64,000 bases of DNA from Octopus sinensis (Eukaryota), in NCBI RefSeq assembly GCF_006345805.1, contig NC_043009.1, positions 42,098,001-42,162,000 of the forward strand. The letters run 5' to 3'. Positions 1-12,385 of this stretch are shown piece after piece. The notes under the pieces were generated by a model. It made no database searches and was not told the origin of the DNA. It saw only the letters and a program-made list of their open reading frames with translations. Position 1 is the first letter of the stretch; each line of letters starts with the position of its first letter. A program made the translations under genes and the position numbers.

Positions 1-211
1 AGAATCGGTTAGCATTGATAGCCTTTATAAAGATCTTTTTACAAATTTGTTACACTGTTGCAAATAGTCGTTATTAAATACATTAATACATTAACACATT
101 AAAGTTTTGCGATATTACGAGGCTATCATAGTAGTCTTAATCGGCATGCACCACACACACACATACATGTATGTATGTATTTATGTATGTGTGTATGTAT
201 GTACATGTATG

Positions 212-253
<42 letters not shown>

Positions 254-1105
254 CATATATATATATATATACACATATATATATATACATACATATATAC
301 ATATATATACATATATATACATTTATATACATATATATATATAAGTAAGGAAAAATCTTTTTAAAAATGCAGAATGCTCAAATGAAAGAAAATTTTAATA
401 AAATGAGAAAATGATAAAATATATAAATATATTTTATTCAACCGGTTTTCGTCATTGTATGACTTGTCAAGAATATTTATGTTTTAAGAAGTTATTTTAA
501 AAATTAGAAAGGGGAAAAAAAGAAAATTGCATTGTTTTTTGTAAAAGAATAATGATAAAAATGTACAAAAATTAAAAAATAAGTTCTCCGATACTTGTGA
601 GTTCGTTGTGTATCTTGAGTTTTATGGTTGTTTACCAAAAAATCACCTTGAGGTGTTAAGATCCAAAGGGATTAAGAGCATGTGATGTGTTGTGTTGTTA
701 AATTCAGCATGTTGCAGGACAGGAAGTAGTAGTAATTGTGGTCCTGATTCTTCAGTTCCTGTGTTGTCGGTAAGGGGAGACAACTCTTTTGAGTTCTTCA
801 ATAAAACCCAAATTATAAAACTATCATTTTAGCTTCATTTGCATTATCTTTTTTATATATAATTGCTTGTTAACTTAACTTTCAGATTTTAACACTTTAT
901 TTATATTATTTTCTAATTAATAAATCTGCATAGACAATTGCATTTCAAATTGTCATATCATTTATAATAAAAATGATAGTAATAACAACAATAGTAAAAT
1001 GATATTTAAAGAATATAAGTTTTAGCTTGAAGTGATGAATGCATGGTATCTTTATATATTGTGTTAGTCCATCCATGAAGAGTGAGGTAGAGAAAGGAAG
1101 TTTGA

Positions 1106-1458
1106 TCAACGAGGAGTTTGCATATTAAGTTGTGTTTGGAATTTTTCAATAAAGAGATTCTCCTTGTTATTCTCTCCTGTGTGGTGATCCCGTCTTTACT
1201 TGGTAGAAGGGGAATATATAGAATTTGGGGTTTAAGTCTTTAGCACATGAGTCTAAGTGGTCACTCAGTGGAATTTGTCGGTATTCCGGGAGATTTATTT
1301 ATTCTTATGCACCGTTACTCGTTTACGTAACGGGAGACTCGTTTGTCCAACATAATTATGTTGGCAACCAGCGCATGTGAGAACGTAGATAAGGTTCTCG
1401 GAGGAACAGGAGAAGTTAGTCTTGATTTTAAACTTCGTACCTTGTTTGAAGGTAAATT
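1106..1458 (-). pseudogene. GIY-YIG endonuclease C-terminal remnant of a PLE (Neptune/Poseidon-type with CxxC insert), frameshifted
   Basis: Manual minus-strand translation gives EFTFKQGTKFKIKTNFSCSSENLIYVLTCAGCQHNYVGQTSLPLRKRVTVHK...PEYRQIPLSDHLDSC...FYIFPFYQ...QERINKENLFIEKFQTQLN. This shows the LIY/YVG motifs, CxxC, two His, and the catalytic R, E and LN positions. Confidence 0.88.
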
Positions 1459-2162
1459 CAGGAGAGAATTAACAAGGAGAATCTCTTTATTGAAAAATTC
1501 CAAACACAACTTAATATGCAAACTCCTCGTTGATCAAACTTCCTTTCTCTACCTCACTCTTCATGGATGGACTAACACAAATATATAAAGATACCATGCA
1601 TTCATCACTTCAAGCTAAAACTTATATTCTTTAAATATCATTTTTACTATTGTTGTTATTACTATCATTTTTATTATAAATGATATGACAATTTGAAATG
1701 CAATTGTCTATGCAGATTTATATTATTAGAAAATAATATAAATAAAGTGTTAAAATCTGAAAGTTAAGTTAACAAGCAATTTATAAAAAAGATAATGCAA
1801 ATGAAGCTAAAATGATAGTTTTATAATTTGGGTTTTATTGAAGAACTCAAAAGAGTTGTCTCCCCTTACCCACAACACAGGAACTGAAGAACCAGGACCA
1901 CAATTACTACTACTTCCTGTCCTGCAACATGCTGATTTAACAACACAACACATCACATGCTCTTAATCCCTTTGGATCTTAACACCTCAAGGTAATTTTT
2001 TGGTAAACAACCATAAAACTCAAGATACACAACGAACTCACAATGTATCGGAGAACTTATTTTTTAATTTTTGTACATTTTTATCATTATTCTTTTACAA
2101 AAAACAATGCAATTTTCTTTTTTTCCCCTTTCTAATTTTTAAAATAACTTCTTAAAACAAAA

Positions 2163-2203
2163 TATTCTTGACAAGTCATACAATGACGAAAACCGGTTGA
2201 ATA
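2163..2203 (+). ncRNA. Minimal type I hammerhead-ribozyme-like motif (C3U/G8A-type variant); mirror copy at 435-475 (-)
   Basis: TATTC-TTGACAA-GTCA-tacaa-TGAC-GAAA-accggtt-GAATA: stem I, core variant, stem II, palindromic stem III. There is one extra A relative to the canonical spacing. Confidence 0.55.
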
Positions 2204-2483
2204 AATATATTTATATATTTTATCATTTTCTCATTTTATTAAAATTTTCTTTCATTTGAGCATTCTGCATTTTTAAGATTTTTCCTTACTTATCATTTCT
2301 CCACGTGCGGTCAACACAACCCCACCATTAATTGATCTATAATATATATATATATATATATATACATATATATATTGGCCTGCTCGCTTAGCCAGCGGGG
2401 TGGCATCATTTGAAGGCTAAAACAATGCGAACACATTGTGACCAGCGATGTGTAACATCTGATGATCTGGTCGGTCACGTGAT

Positions 2484-2537
<54 letters not shown>

Positions 2538-2814
2538 AGGTCTAATGCTCTTAGGTTAGACTTTTTGGGGGATAACCAGATCGAATCATACCAAGTGTAA
2601 CTGGCTTCTCGTACTTTGCCTGTTCTAATTGTTGTTTCTCTTGTCCGCCTTTGTGTCGTCTATCTGTCCGAACGTTTTAATGCACTCTTTTGCGTTTTCG
2701 TTCCATTTATATATATATATATAATATATGTATGTGGTGTGTGTGGTTGAACGAGTTCCGAGTGTCTGTTACTTTGTGTAAGGTAAACGATGCAATTAAT
2801 TTCATACCATATTA

Positions 2815-3200
2815 GAAGGAAGCACTCCGTCGGTTACGACGATGAGGGTTCCGGTTGATCCGAATCAACGGAACAGCCTGCTCGTGAAATTAACGTGTAT
2901 GTGGCTGAGCACTCCACAGACACGTGCACCCTTAACGTAGTTCTCGGGGATATTCAGCGTGACACAGAGAGTGACAAGGCCGGCCCCTTGAAATACAGGT
3001 ACAACAGAAACAGGAAGTAAGAGTGAGAGAAAGTTGTGGTGAAAGAGTAGAGCAGGAATCACCACCATCCCTGCCGGAGCCTCGTGGAGCTTTAGGTGTT
3101 TTCGCTCAATAAACACTCACAACGCCTGGTCTGGAAATCGAAACCGCGATCATATGACCGCGAGTCCGCTGCCCTAACCACTGGGCCATTGCGCCTCCAC
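2815..3200 (-). mobile_element. tRNA-derived SINE, family C (tRNA-Arg-like head; possibly Octopus OR-type), full length with 13-bp TSD
   Basis: The head GGAGGCGCAATGGCCCAGTGGTTAGGGCAGCGGACTCGCGG...GGTTTCGATTTCC has A and B boxes. TSD tcataccatatta lies at 2802-2814 and 3201-3213. Homologous copies occur at 9931 and 63058. Confidence 0.85.
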
Positions 3201-5002
3201 TCATACCATATTATTAATATACAGGCATATGATTGAATAATAACGATCCTCAAGAGTTGAAAAATACATCCATTTTTACCTTTACATTATCAAACCTTGC
3301 CACGTATTTAATCAAAATATGTAACTTATATTCTATACATTTTACACTGACGTTTTCGATACAGAAATCTCGAGAAAAGGAAAGATTCGAAACTGCAACT
3401 TTATTGCTTAAACAACAAATTGATGTTGTAATAATACCTCACCTGCAATCAAACTGATTGTTGCTCTCCTTTCATTCTCTTTGCAGAACAAAGAGTCTTT
3501 GTACTGTCAATCAAGACTGTGGCCAGTAGAAGGGTTTATTAACCAGAAAGAATAGTTGGCTTTTCCAGTTGAATACCTTAACAAGAAACGTCGTTCATTT
3601 TTAACTAATCAACTGTCTGAACGGAACAATTGATTGTGGCTGTCTTTTAATTACTTGGCGACATCAAACGATGTTGCCTTAGTAATTAATGTCACATTAA
3701 TTTCAAAATCTCACCAAATTGTTTAAACCAACTGTTAATTCTTAGAACTTAATATAAAGAAAAGGCTATTGCCATTTTACAACTTTCTACAGGTTCCTCT
3801 TAAGAATGATTCATTTATATTAAGTTCACTGTGAACGGGTGGACAACAGAGTTACCTAAAAGAAGGCAGTGGTGTGAGTATCATTATCGTGACCGAAAGG
3901 ATTACGAAAGCTTGAAGTCCACTCTATAAGAGAGCTATCAAAGTTCTTGTTAATTGCACAATACTATTCCGCCATATTTTATAGCAGTAAAAAATGTACT
4001 TTCTATCTCACTCTCTCTTTCTCTCTTTCTCTCTCTCTCTCTCTCTCATTATCTTTCTCTCTATCTCTTTCTAACTCTCTCATTCTCTTTCTCTCTTTCA
4101 CTTTCTCTTTCCCTCTCTCCCTCTCCCTCTCACTCTGAGTGTGTCTCTTTCTCTGACCGTATCTATTTACAGTTAAGCGACATTATTCAAAGGAAGTTCA
4201 GTATTTTTGGTTTCGGTCACACTACAGTGCAGTAATGACATACCAAGCACCGACTGTTCGGCGACGCGTCCGCTATGCTGTCGACTCGCTTATATAAAAC
4301 TTCTTTCAATAAGAATAATTAAATAAAAGAAGATATCCGTCTCGAACATTAAATCAAATTCATAAGACTTTATGTATCGCGTATCATTTCTTAACATTGA
4401 TATGAACAAACCTGCGAATCATTAATGAATAGCATATGGAAAGTTGTGGTCTTCATGTCTTCCAAAACTGCGCTCGCAAATCTAAAGTGAAATAAAATTC
4501 CTCCAAACCTGGATTCCATATTGCTGCGTGGATGCACCACACTGAGAGAGTTTTCTCCCCAATGAGTTTTCGTTAATCCTTCAATTGCATGGACATAAAT
4601 CCTCAGACATAAAACTACAAATCCGTAGGAAATGAGAATATAATTGAGTGACGTATATGATTTTGTGTGTCATTAGCAACATTAATAAAGTAGATTGACT
4701 TGAACATGTGATTAAATCTGGGTCAATGAGTCTGCTCCACATGAGCTTACCTTATAATGGCATCATGGTGATTTCCAATCTCTTGTAATTAATTGATTTC
4801 TTTTGACTAATCTGAAGGTTGCTAAATTAAAGGGGGAATAGTGTATATGTTTGTGGAAGGGACACCTTTCTTCTATGGCCATTAGCTACATAATTGAAAT
4901 GTGATAGCATCACCCGAGAATCGAAACTGTATAGCGTAATCGGTAAGTGGATATATTATCTATTGTTCTTCAAGGTTCGTTACCCTAAAATTAATATGAT
5001 AC

Positions 5003-5710
5003 TAATATGATACTTAACAAAAGGCAGTGAGCTGGCAGAATTGTTAGCAAGCCGGACAAAATGCTTAGCAACACTTCGTCCGTCTTTTATGATCTGAGTT
5101 CAAATTCTGCAGAAGTTGACTTTACCTTTCGGGATCAATAAAATAAGTGCCACTTGATCACAGGGGTCGATTTAATCTTCACATGGTCTTCCCCAAGCCT
5201 GCTAGCCATGTGCCAAAATTTGAAAATACCATGATACTTAGCAAACAAGGCAGCGAGCTGGAAGAGTCGTTAGTTTGCCGGGTAAAGGCGCCTAAGCGGC
5301 ATTCAGTTCTACTTTACGCTCTGTGTTCAAATTCAGTCGCGGTCGAATTTACATTTCCTCATTTCGGGGCCAATAAAATAAGTACCAGTTGAGCACTGGA
5401 GGGTCGATGAAATCGACTTAATCGCTCTCTAGAAATTTTTTGTCTGGTGCCAAAATTTGAAACCAATATGTTACTTGGCAAAGAGAGCAGTGAGCTGGCA
5501 GAATCGTTAGCATGCCGGACAAAATTCTGCGAAGCATTTTATCCGACTCTACGTTCTGAGTTCAAATTTGAGGTCGGCTTTACTTTTCCTCATTTCAGGG
5601 GCGACAAAATAAGTGCCAGTTGAACACTGGGATCGATGTAATTAATTCACCTCTCCTACCGAAACTGCTGGCCTTGTGCCAAAATTCGAAACCAATATGA
5701 TAATTACCAA
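5003..5710 (+). mobile_element. Three head-to-tail diverged SINE family B (B2 3' end) copies separated by a repeated ~18-bp spacer
   Basis: Heads ggcag(t/c)gagctgg start at ~5023, ~5249 and ~5486. Each unit ends gtgccaaaatt(t/c)gaaa. The spacer aatatgatactta(a/g)caaa-like occurs four times. Confidence 0.75.
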
Positions 5711-5786
5711 CATAGTTACAGATTAATATTTAAATTTAGCGTTTAAACAAAGAAAGGTAACAAACGATTGAACAGAAAACTTTTTT

Positions 5787-6017
5787 CCTTATTGCCCACA
5801 AGGGGCTAAACATAGAGGGGACAAACAAGGGCCGACTAAAGGATTAAGTCGATCGATTACATCGACTCCAGTGCGTAACTAGTACTTAATTTATCGACCC
5901 CGAAAGGATGAAAGGCAAAATCGACCTCGACGGAATTTGAACTCACAACGTAACGGCAGACGAAATAGGGATAAGCATTTCGCCCGGGGTGCTAACGTTT
6001 CTGCCAGCTCGCCGCTT
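5787..6017 (-). mobile_element. SINE family B (B1 3' end), full length
   Basis: Reverse complement reads gcggcgagctggcagaaacgttagc...gagttcaaattccg...gcctttcatcctttcggggtcgataaattaagtact...tttagccccttgtgggcaataa. Confidence 0.8.
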
Positions 6018-8254
6018 TAATTGTCCTTGAACAGAAACCTTATTCGAAGAGTATTTTGCTAAGGTGTGGCAAATTAAGTACCAGTTACGCACTGGGGTCG
6101 ATGCAATCGACTTAATCCTTTTGTCTGTCCTTGTTTGTCCCCTTTATGTTTAGCCCCTTGTCCCCACCACCGCATGATAACCAGTATTGATGTGTTTACG
6201 CCCGAATAATCTTGCGGTTCGGCAAAAAAGACCAGGTTTGAAAAGGAAAACTAAAATAATGATAATATGTAATAATTCGACAAAAAAGTCTTCAAGGTGT
6301 TGCTCCGGCATGGCCGCGCTCTAATGATTGAAGCGAGTAAAAGATAAAAGTATTTACAAATGTGAGCAGTGATGTGAAATGTATGATCTGTAACGCAGCT
6401 GCTGTGATGTCATATCTCCTTGGCTATTACACGGTGCTAGTGGCGTCGTAGAACTATGTAGGTAGTTGAACTGTGTAGAAAATATCTGGAGACTTAAGTG
6501 ATTGACTTCAGCCTGACACCAGCATGAATTACTAACCATTTATTCTGCTTCAGAAGAAGAAGAAGAAGAAAACTATTTATTTGTTTCTCCCTCACCCTGC
6601 ATCCCCTCTTTTTTATTCTTTAAAAAAAAAAATGTGGTTAATTAGCAAAAACTCTTCTTTTGCTTCAGTTTGTAAGAACAATTAGATGCACTTAGACTAA
6701 CTGCTTGACTTTTGACCTGGTTTTGCTTCAAAGAGGAAATGAAAGTACAAAAATTGGTTCAAAATGTCCTGTAAGTGGTAAGTGGTACTGCTATTATCAC
6801 TTAAAACTTGCTACGAATGAATAAATATTGATTTCTCCGTGACTGTGTTGTAAAGATCTTGACATTGTTACGAAGTCGGTTCGTTCACAGCATGAAACAT
6901 GTCCGTAATTAAATCAACTCTAAACACACAAGCTGGTGAAATACAGAAATGTCTCCGTTGACTGTTGTAGGATTCTTAAGTTAACTACTTGAACAATACA
7001 TAAGTTTCATTTGTTTGTTGTTATTCTAGTTGTTGTGGTTGTTTTTATTGTTGATGTGTTTAAATTTCTCCTTAAAATTTCTCCTTACACCCCGCACTCA
7101 CCGTAACTTCACTAAAACAATCAGGAAATAAGGTTAAGCTCTACAAGAGGGAACCAAATGACTCACAGACCTCACTATTAGAAGAAATGACCGAATTCTT
7201 TAGCCAGTTGTTTATTTCTCTTTTTATTATTTCTTACAATTTCTCATTCATTTTATTTTATTTTATTTTTTTGTGAAGATTCATTGAGGTTTCACGCTGA
7301 AACGGATGTCAATGAAACTGTTCCATTCTGGAATCTAGTCATCTGTCAATGATTTGTTTTGTAGTGCAGCAGCGAATTGATAAATTGTGTTGTTGAAAAA
7401 TCACAGCGGCTGTGACTGCTTCTGATAACGATTCTACTGCAGCTGCTTACATAACAAGAATTTCAGTTAAAACTGAGAATCGAAATTAAGTAGCAGATTT
7501 CATTGCATCCAATAATAACTCTTGTCTTTAATCTTTCACTTGTTTCAGTCATCAGACTGCGGTCAGTAGTTCTCCTTTAAAGTCTATTTATTCTGTCGTC
7601 TCTTTTTGACGAACCGCTACGTTGCGGGGACATAAACAAACCAGCACCGGTTGTCAAGCAGTGGTGCAACACATTCGCAGGAAAAAAAAAATTTTTAATT
7701 GGTTAAATCGTTCCCACTATATTACAGGTATTTTTTTTTTCGCCTCAAGTAGTGTGAAAGGTTAAGATAACCGTGGTGAGTTTGTGAGCTCAGATTGTAT
7801 GGAAACTTCTTTAGATACTGGGGAGTAAATGCGTTTTATCTAACGCTCCACCGATTCAGATATTCAGTTTCTAACAATAAGAATATTTATTCCTGACTTC
7901 GACACAAGTGCTTAAATTTATGAGAATGAGTCCAATAGATATCAACTCGATAATGATGAAAAGTAAAATCAACATCGGCCGAATCTGAATTCGGAATATC
8001 GCATTAACAGTTCTGCCAATCCAAAACTCTAAACAAAAACCTTGATTTCAAATTTAGCGCAAAACCAGCAATTGAGGATGCGGTGAGTCGATTACATCGA
8101 TCCCAGTGCTCAACGGGTACTTATTTTATCGACTTCGAAAGGATGAAAGCCAAAGTCGATCTCGACGGAATTTGTACTTCGAGCGTAAAAGCGACGAAAT
8201 GCAGCTGAGCATTTTGCCCAGTGTGCTAACTGTTCTGCCAGCCCGCAGCCTTAA

Positions 8255-8475
8255 CCCTTTAGTGTTCTCATTATTCTGCCAAAATGAATCCTTTTTTATC
8301 CACATTGCCTTGAACTAATTAGTCATTATCTTGGCGCTATGAGATTTTGATGAGGTAGCAGTTAATTTTTAAAACGATATTGTAGGGCTGTCGTGAGAGA
8401 CCAGATCTGGCCAATTTGAACATAAAACAGGTAGAATACTTTGGGCCGGATATGGCCGGTTTAAATGCTAAAGGG
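8255..8475. mobile_element. piggyBac-like MITE with TTAA target site duplication
   Basis: TTAA|CCCTTTAG ... CTAAAGGG|TTAA, with TTAA at 8251-8254 and 8476-8479. Confidence 0.75.
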
Positions 8476-8576
8476 TTAATCTAAGCTAAAATATTAAAAT
8501 ACTAAGACAAAAAAAAAGTGAATGCCATTAAAATTACAATATCAGAAAATTAAATTTAGCATAGATTCTCTATATT

Positions 8577-9375
8577 GTTTTCTACTCTAGGCACAAGGCC
8601 CGAAATTTTGGGGGAAGGGTGTCACTCGATTAAATCGACCCCTGTACGCTACTGGTACTTAATTTATTGACCCCGAAAGGATAAAAGGCAAAGTCGACCT
8701 CGGCGGAATTTGAACTCGGAACGTAAAGACAGACGAAATACCTATTTCTTTACTACTCATAAGGGGCTAAACACAGAGGAGACAAACAAGGACAGACAGA
8801 CGGATTAAGTCGATTACATCGACCCAAGTGTGTAACTGGTACTTAATTTATCGACTTCGAAAGGATGAAAGCAAAGTCGACCTTGGCGGAATTTGAACTC
8901 AGAACGTAGCGGCAGAGGAAATACCACGAAGCATTTCGCCCGCCGTGCTAACGTTTCTTATTTCTTTATTGCCTACAAAGGGCTAGACATAGAAGGTACA
9001 AACAAGGACAGACAAAGGGATTAAGTCGATTACATCGACCCCAGTGCGTAACTGGCACTTATTTAATCGACCCCGAAAGGATGAAAGGCAAAGTCGACCT
9101 CGGCGGAATTTGAACTCGGAACGTAGCGACAGACGAAATACCTATTTCTTTACTACCCACAAGGGGCTAAACACAGAGAGGACAAACAAGGATAGACAAA
9201 CGGATTAAGTCGATTACATCGACCCCAGTACGTATCTGGTACTTAATTTATCGTTCCCGAAAGGATGAAAGGCAAAGTCGACCTCGGCGGAATTTGAACT
9301 CAGAACGCAACGGCAGACGAAATACTGCTAAGCATTTCGCCCGACGTGCTAACGTTTCTGCCAGCTCGCCGCCTT
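8577..9375 (-). mobile_element. Tandem array of four SINE family B units (three B1 bodies plus a terminal B2 end)
   Basis: Repeated ~190-220 bp units. Junction aagaaatag|gtatttcgtctg occurs twice and aagaaata|agaaacgttagc once. Confidence 0.85.
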
Positions 9376-9430
9376 CATAGATATTCTCTATATTTTAAAC
9401 AAAGTACTCCAGACTATTTCATTCATTGAA

Positions 9431-9843
9431 CTCTTTTACTCTTTTACTCTTTTACTTGTTTCAATCATTTGACTGCGGCCATGCTGGAGCACCGCCTTTA
9501 GTCGAGCAAATCGAACCCGGGACTTATTCTTTGTAAGCCCAGTACTTATTCTATCGGTCTCTTTTGCCGAACCGCTAAGTGACGGGGACGTAAACACACC
9601 AGCATCGGTTGTCAAGCTAGGGGGACAAACACAGACATACAAACACATACACACACACTTATATATATATATATATACATATATACGACAGGCTTCTTTC
9701 AGTTTCCGTCTACCAAATCCACTCACAAGGCATTGGTCGGCCCGGGGCTATAGCAGAAGACACTTGCCCAAGATGTCACGCAGTGGAACTGAACCCGGAA
9801 CCATGTAGCTGGTTAGCAAGCTACTTACCACACAGCCACTCCT
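9431..9843 (-). mobile_element. tRNA-derived SINE family A, full length
   Basis: Head aggagtggctgtgtggtaag...gggttcagttcc, then cttgggcaagtgtc (CORE-like), an internal (TA)/(TG) tract, and tail ggtgctccagcatggccgcagtcaaatgattgaaac(aagagta)n. Confidence 0.85.
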
Positions 9844-9930
9844 TTCATTTTCTGAAATAAAAGAGTTGAACTGAGGACGATTTCCTTGACATTGCAAGCA
9901 GATGTTTCAAGCGCTTGCTCGTGAGTTGAA

Positions 9931-10463
9931 GTGAGGGCGCGTGGCTTAGTTGTAAAGGTATTCAGGTCACGATCGTAAGGTCGTGAGTTCGATTCTTGAT
10001 GGCGCGTTGTATCTTTGAGCACAATGCTTTATTCCACGTTGCTCCGATCCACTCAGCTGGCAAAAACAAACAAAAATATTACTACCTGTAAGTCAAAGGG
10101 CCAGCCTTGTCGCATTCTGTGAAGTGTACCTATTTCTTTACTAACCACAAGGGGCTAAACACAGAGAGAACAAACAAGGACACACACACGGATTAAGTTG
10201 ATTATATCGACCCTAGTGCGTAACTGGTACTTATTTAATCGACTCCGAAAGGATGAGAGTCAAAGTCAACCTCGGCGGAATTTGAACTGAGAACGTAACG
10301 GCAGACGATAAACGGCTACGCATTTCGCCCGGCGTGCTAACGTTTCTGCCAGCTCGTACCTGTCTAGTGGAGTGCCCCAGCCACTTGCACGTTAATTTCA
10401 CGAGCAGGCTGTTTCGTTGATTGGATCAACTGGAACCCACATCGTCGTAATCGACGGAGTGCC
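9931..10463 (+). mobile_element. SINE family C copy interrupted by an antisense family B1 SINE (10131-10356)
   Basis: The family C head and 3' body align with 2815-3200 on both sides of a B1 unit. Confidence 0.75.
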
Positions 10464-10570
10464 ACTTTATCATTATTATTATTATGTTGAAATAATGATG
10501 ATGACGACAACGACAATGATGATGACGACGACGACGACAATGATGATGATGAGGACGGTAACGATCAGCC

Positions 10571-11115
10571 AGGCGGCGAGCTGGCAGAATCATTAGCACG
10601 CCAGGCATGGTTAAAGGCATTTTGTCCGTCTGTACGTTTCGTGTTCAAATTCCGCCGAGTTGAAGTACCAGCTACGCACTGAGGTCGATGTAATCGACAA
10701 TCCCCTCTTCTCACAAATTTCAGGCCTTGTGTCCATAGTAGAAAGGATTATTATTATGTTGAAATGATGAGGGTGACGATGATGATGATGATGAGGACGA
10801 GGAAGAGGAGGAGGAGGAGGAGGAGGAAGACGACGACGACGACGATGACATTGATGATGATGATTATGATGACGATGATGATGATGATGACGACGCTAAT
10901 GTTCAGCTGGGTGGCGATCTGGCAGAATCGTTAGCACGCCGGGTAACATGCTTAGCGGCATTTCGTTGTTCTGTACGTTCTGAGTTCAAATTCCACCGAG
11001 GTCAACTCTGCCTTCCATCCTTTCGAGGGAGATAAATTAAATACCAGTGAAACACTAGGGTCAACTAGTCCCCTCCCACCAAATTTCAGGCCTTGTGCCT
11101 TTAGCAGAAAGGATT
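10571..11115 (+). mobile_element. Two SINE family B2 copies (10571-10750, 10909-11115) in tandem with a duplicated (GAT)/(GAC)-rich flank
   Basis: Both begin gg(c/t)ggcga(g/t)ctggcagaatc and end aaatttcaggccttgtg...agaaaggattatta. The flank attattatgttg(a/c)aat occurs three times. Confidence 0.7.
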
Positions 11116-11221
11116 ATTATGTTGCAATGAGTAATACCACAATTACGCTGCTCTTCTACTGACGAATGACAAAGCAACATAGTTTAAAGAAAGCCTATGT
11201 TGTTTATCAACCTATGTGCTT

Positions 11222-11432
11222 TTTATCTTTTATTCTTTCCAGTTACTGGACTGCGGTCATGCTGAGGCACTGTCCTGGAGAGTTTGGTCAAACAAATCTA
11301 CCCCAATATTTATTCTTAGGTATATCGGTTTCTTTTGCCGAACCGCTAGGTTAAGGGGACGTAAACAAAACAACACCAGTTGTCAAGTGGTGTCAGAGGA
11401 CAAAGACAAAATCAACAAACACACACATTCCC

Positions 11433-11473
<41 letters not shown>

Positions 11474-11601
11474 CCCACACACACACACACGCACATATAC
11501 ACACAAATATATGTATGTGTGTGTGCACGTGTGATTATGTATGCATATATACGGCACGCTTCTTTTAGTTTCTGTCTGTCAAATCTAGTCACAAGGCTTT
11601 G

Positions 11602-11635
<34 letters not shown>

Positions 11636-11822
11636 GTGCTTGTGTGTATGTATGCATGTATAAGCTACGCTTCTTTCAGTTTCTGTCAAACAAAACTACC
11701 CAAAAGGCTTTGGCCGGCCCGGAACTATAGTAAAAGACCTCTACCCCAGGTTCCACGCAATGGGACTGAACCCGAAAACATTTGGATGGAAAGCAAACTT
11801 CTTACCACACAGCCATGCTTGC
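11222..11822 (-). mobile_element. SINE family A, diverged, with internal partial duplication
   Basis: Family A tail and head motifs are present; the segment cgcttcttt(t/c)agtttctgtc...aaggctttggc occurs twice. Confidence 0.7.
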
Positions 11823-11971
11823 GCTGGATACAATGGATAATATGCTGAAAATAGTATCAGTCAACCAATGAATGTGTCATCTGTCCTAATTAGAATTTAT
11901 TATGGTTAATTATCTTAGATTCACTCATTTCATGTATAATGGTCGCTGCTGTGTTTATAAAATATACACAT

Positions 11972-12385
11972 AGGCGTAGGCGTAGGAGTGGCTGAGTGGT
12001 AAGTAGCTTGCTTACGAACCACATGGTTCCAGGTTCAGTCCCACTGCGTGGCACCTTGGGCAAGTGTCTTCTACTATATCCTCGGGCCGACCGAAGCCAT
12101 GTGAGTGGATTTGGTAGACGGAAACTGAAAGAAGCCCGTCGTATATATATATATGTATGTATGTGTGTGTATGTGTTTGTGTGTCTGTGTTTGTCTCCCA
12201 AAATCGCTTGACAACCGATGCTGGTGTGTTTACGTTCCCGTAAATTAGCGGTTCGGCAAAAGAGACGGATAGAATAAGTACTGGGCTTACAAAGAATAAG
12301 TCCTGGGATCGATTTGCTCGACTAAAGGCGGTACTCCAGCATGGCCACAGTCAAATGACTGAAGCAAGTAAAAGAGTAAAAGAGT
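11972..12385 (+). mobile_element. SINE family A, full length
   Basis: Runs from aggcgtaggagtggctgagtggtaag to gactgaagcaagtaaaagagtaaaagag. Confidence 0.85.

Larger units (their letters stand above)
341..2338. mobile_element. Penelope-like element (PLE), 5'-truncated, with inverted pseudo-LTRs (arms 341-1179 and 1459-2293, ~280 bp spacer, ~45 bp extra 3' tail on the right arm), flanked by (TA)n
   Basis: The arms are reverse complements of each other, differing mostly by 1-bp indels. The spacer encodes a GIY-YIG endonuclease remnant on the minus strand. Each arm carries a hammerhead-like motif. Confidence 0.9.

Noticed and set aside
1884-1935. Second hammerhead in the PLE arm (ctgaaga..caggac...gtcctg-caa)
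   Set aside because: It lacks GAAA and a clear stem I, so it is too degenerate to call.
4993-5710. Repeat-spacer pattern as a CRISPR-like array
   Set aside because: Eukaryotic context; the intervening units are ~215-bp homologous SINEs, the repeats are degenerate and there are no cas genes.
11216-11848. 210-aa ORF and the many similar RRASFSFRLPNPLT...-type ORFs
   Set aside because: They are antisense translations of SINE family A.
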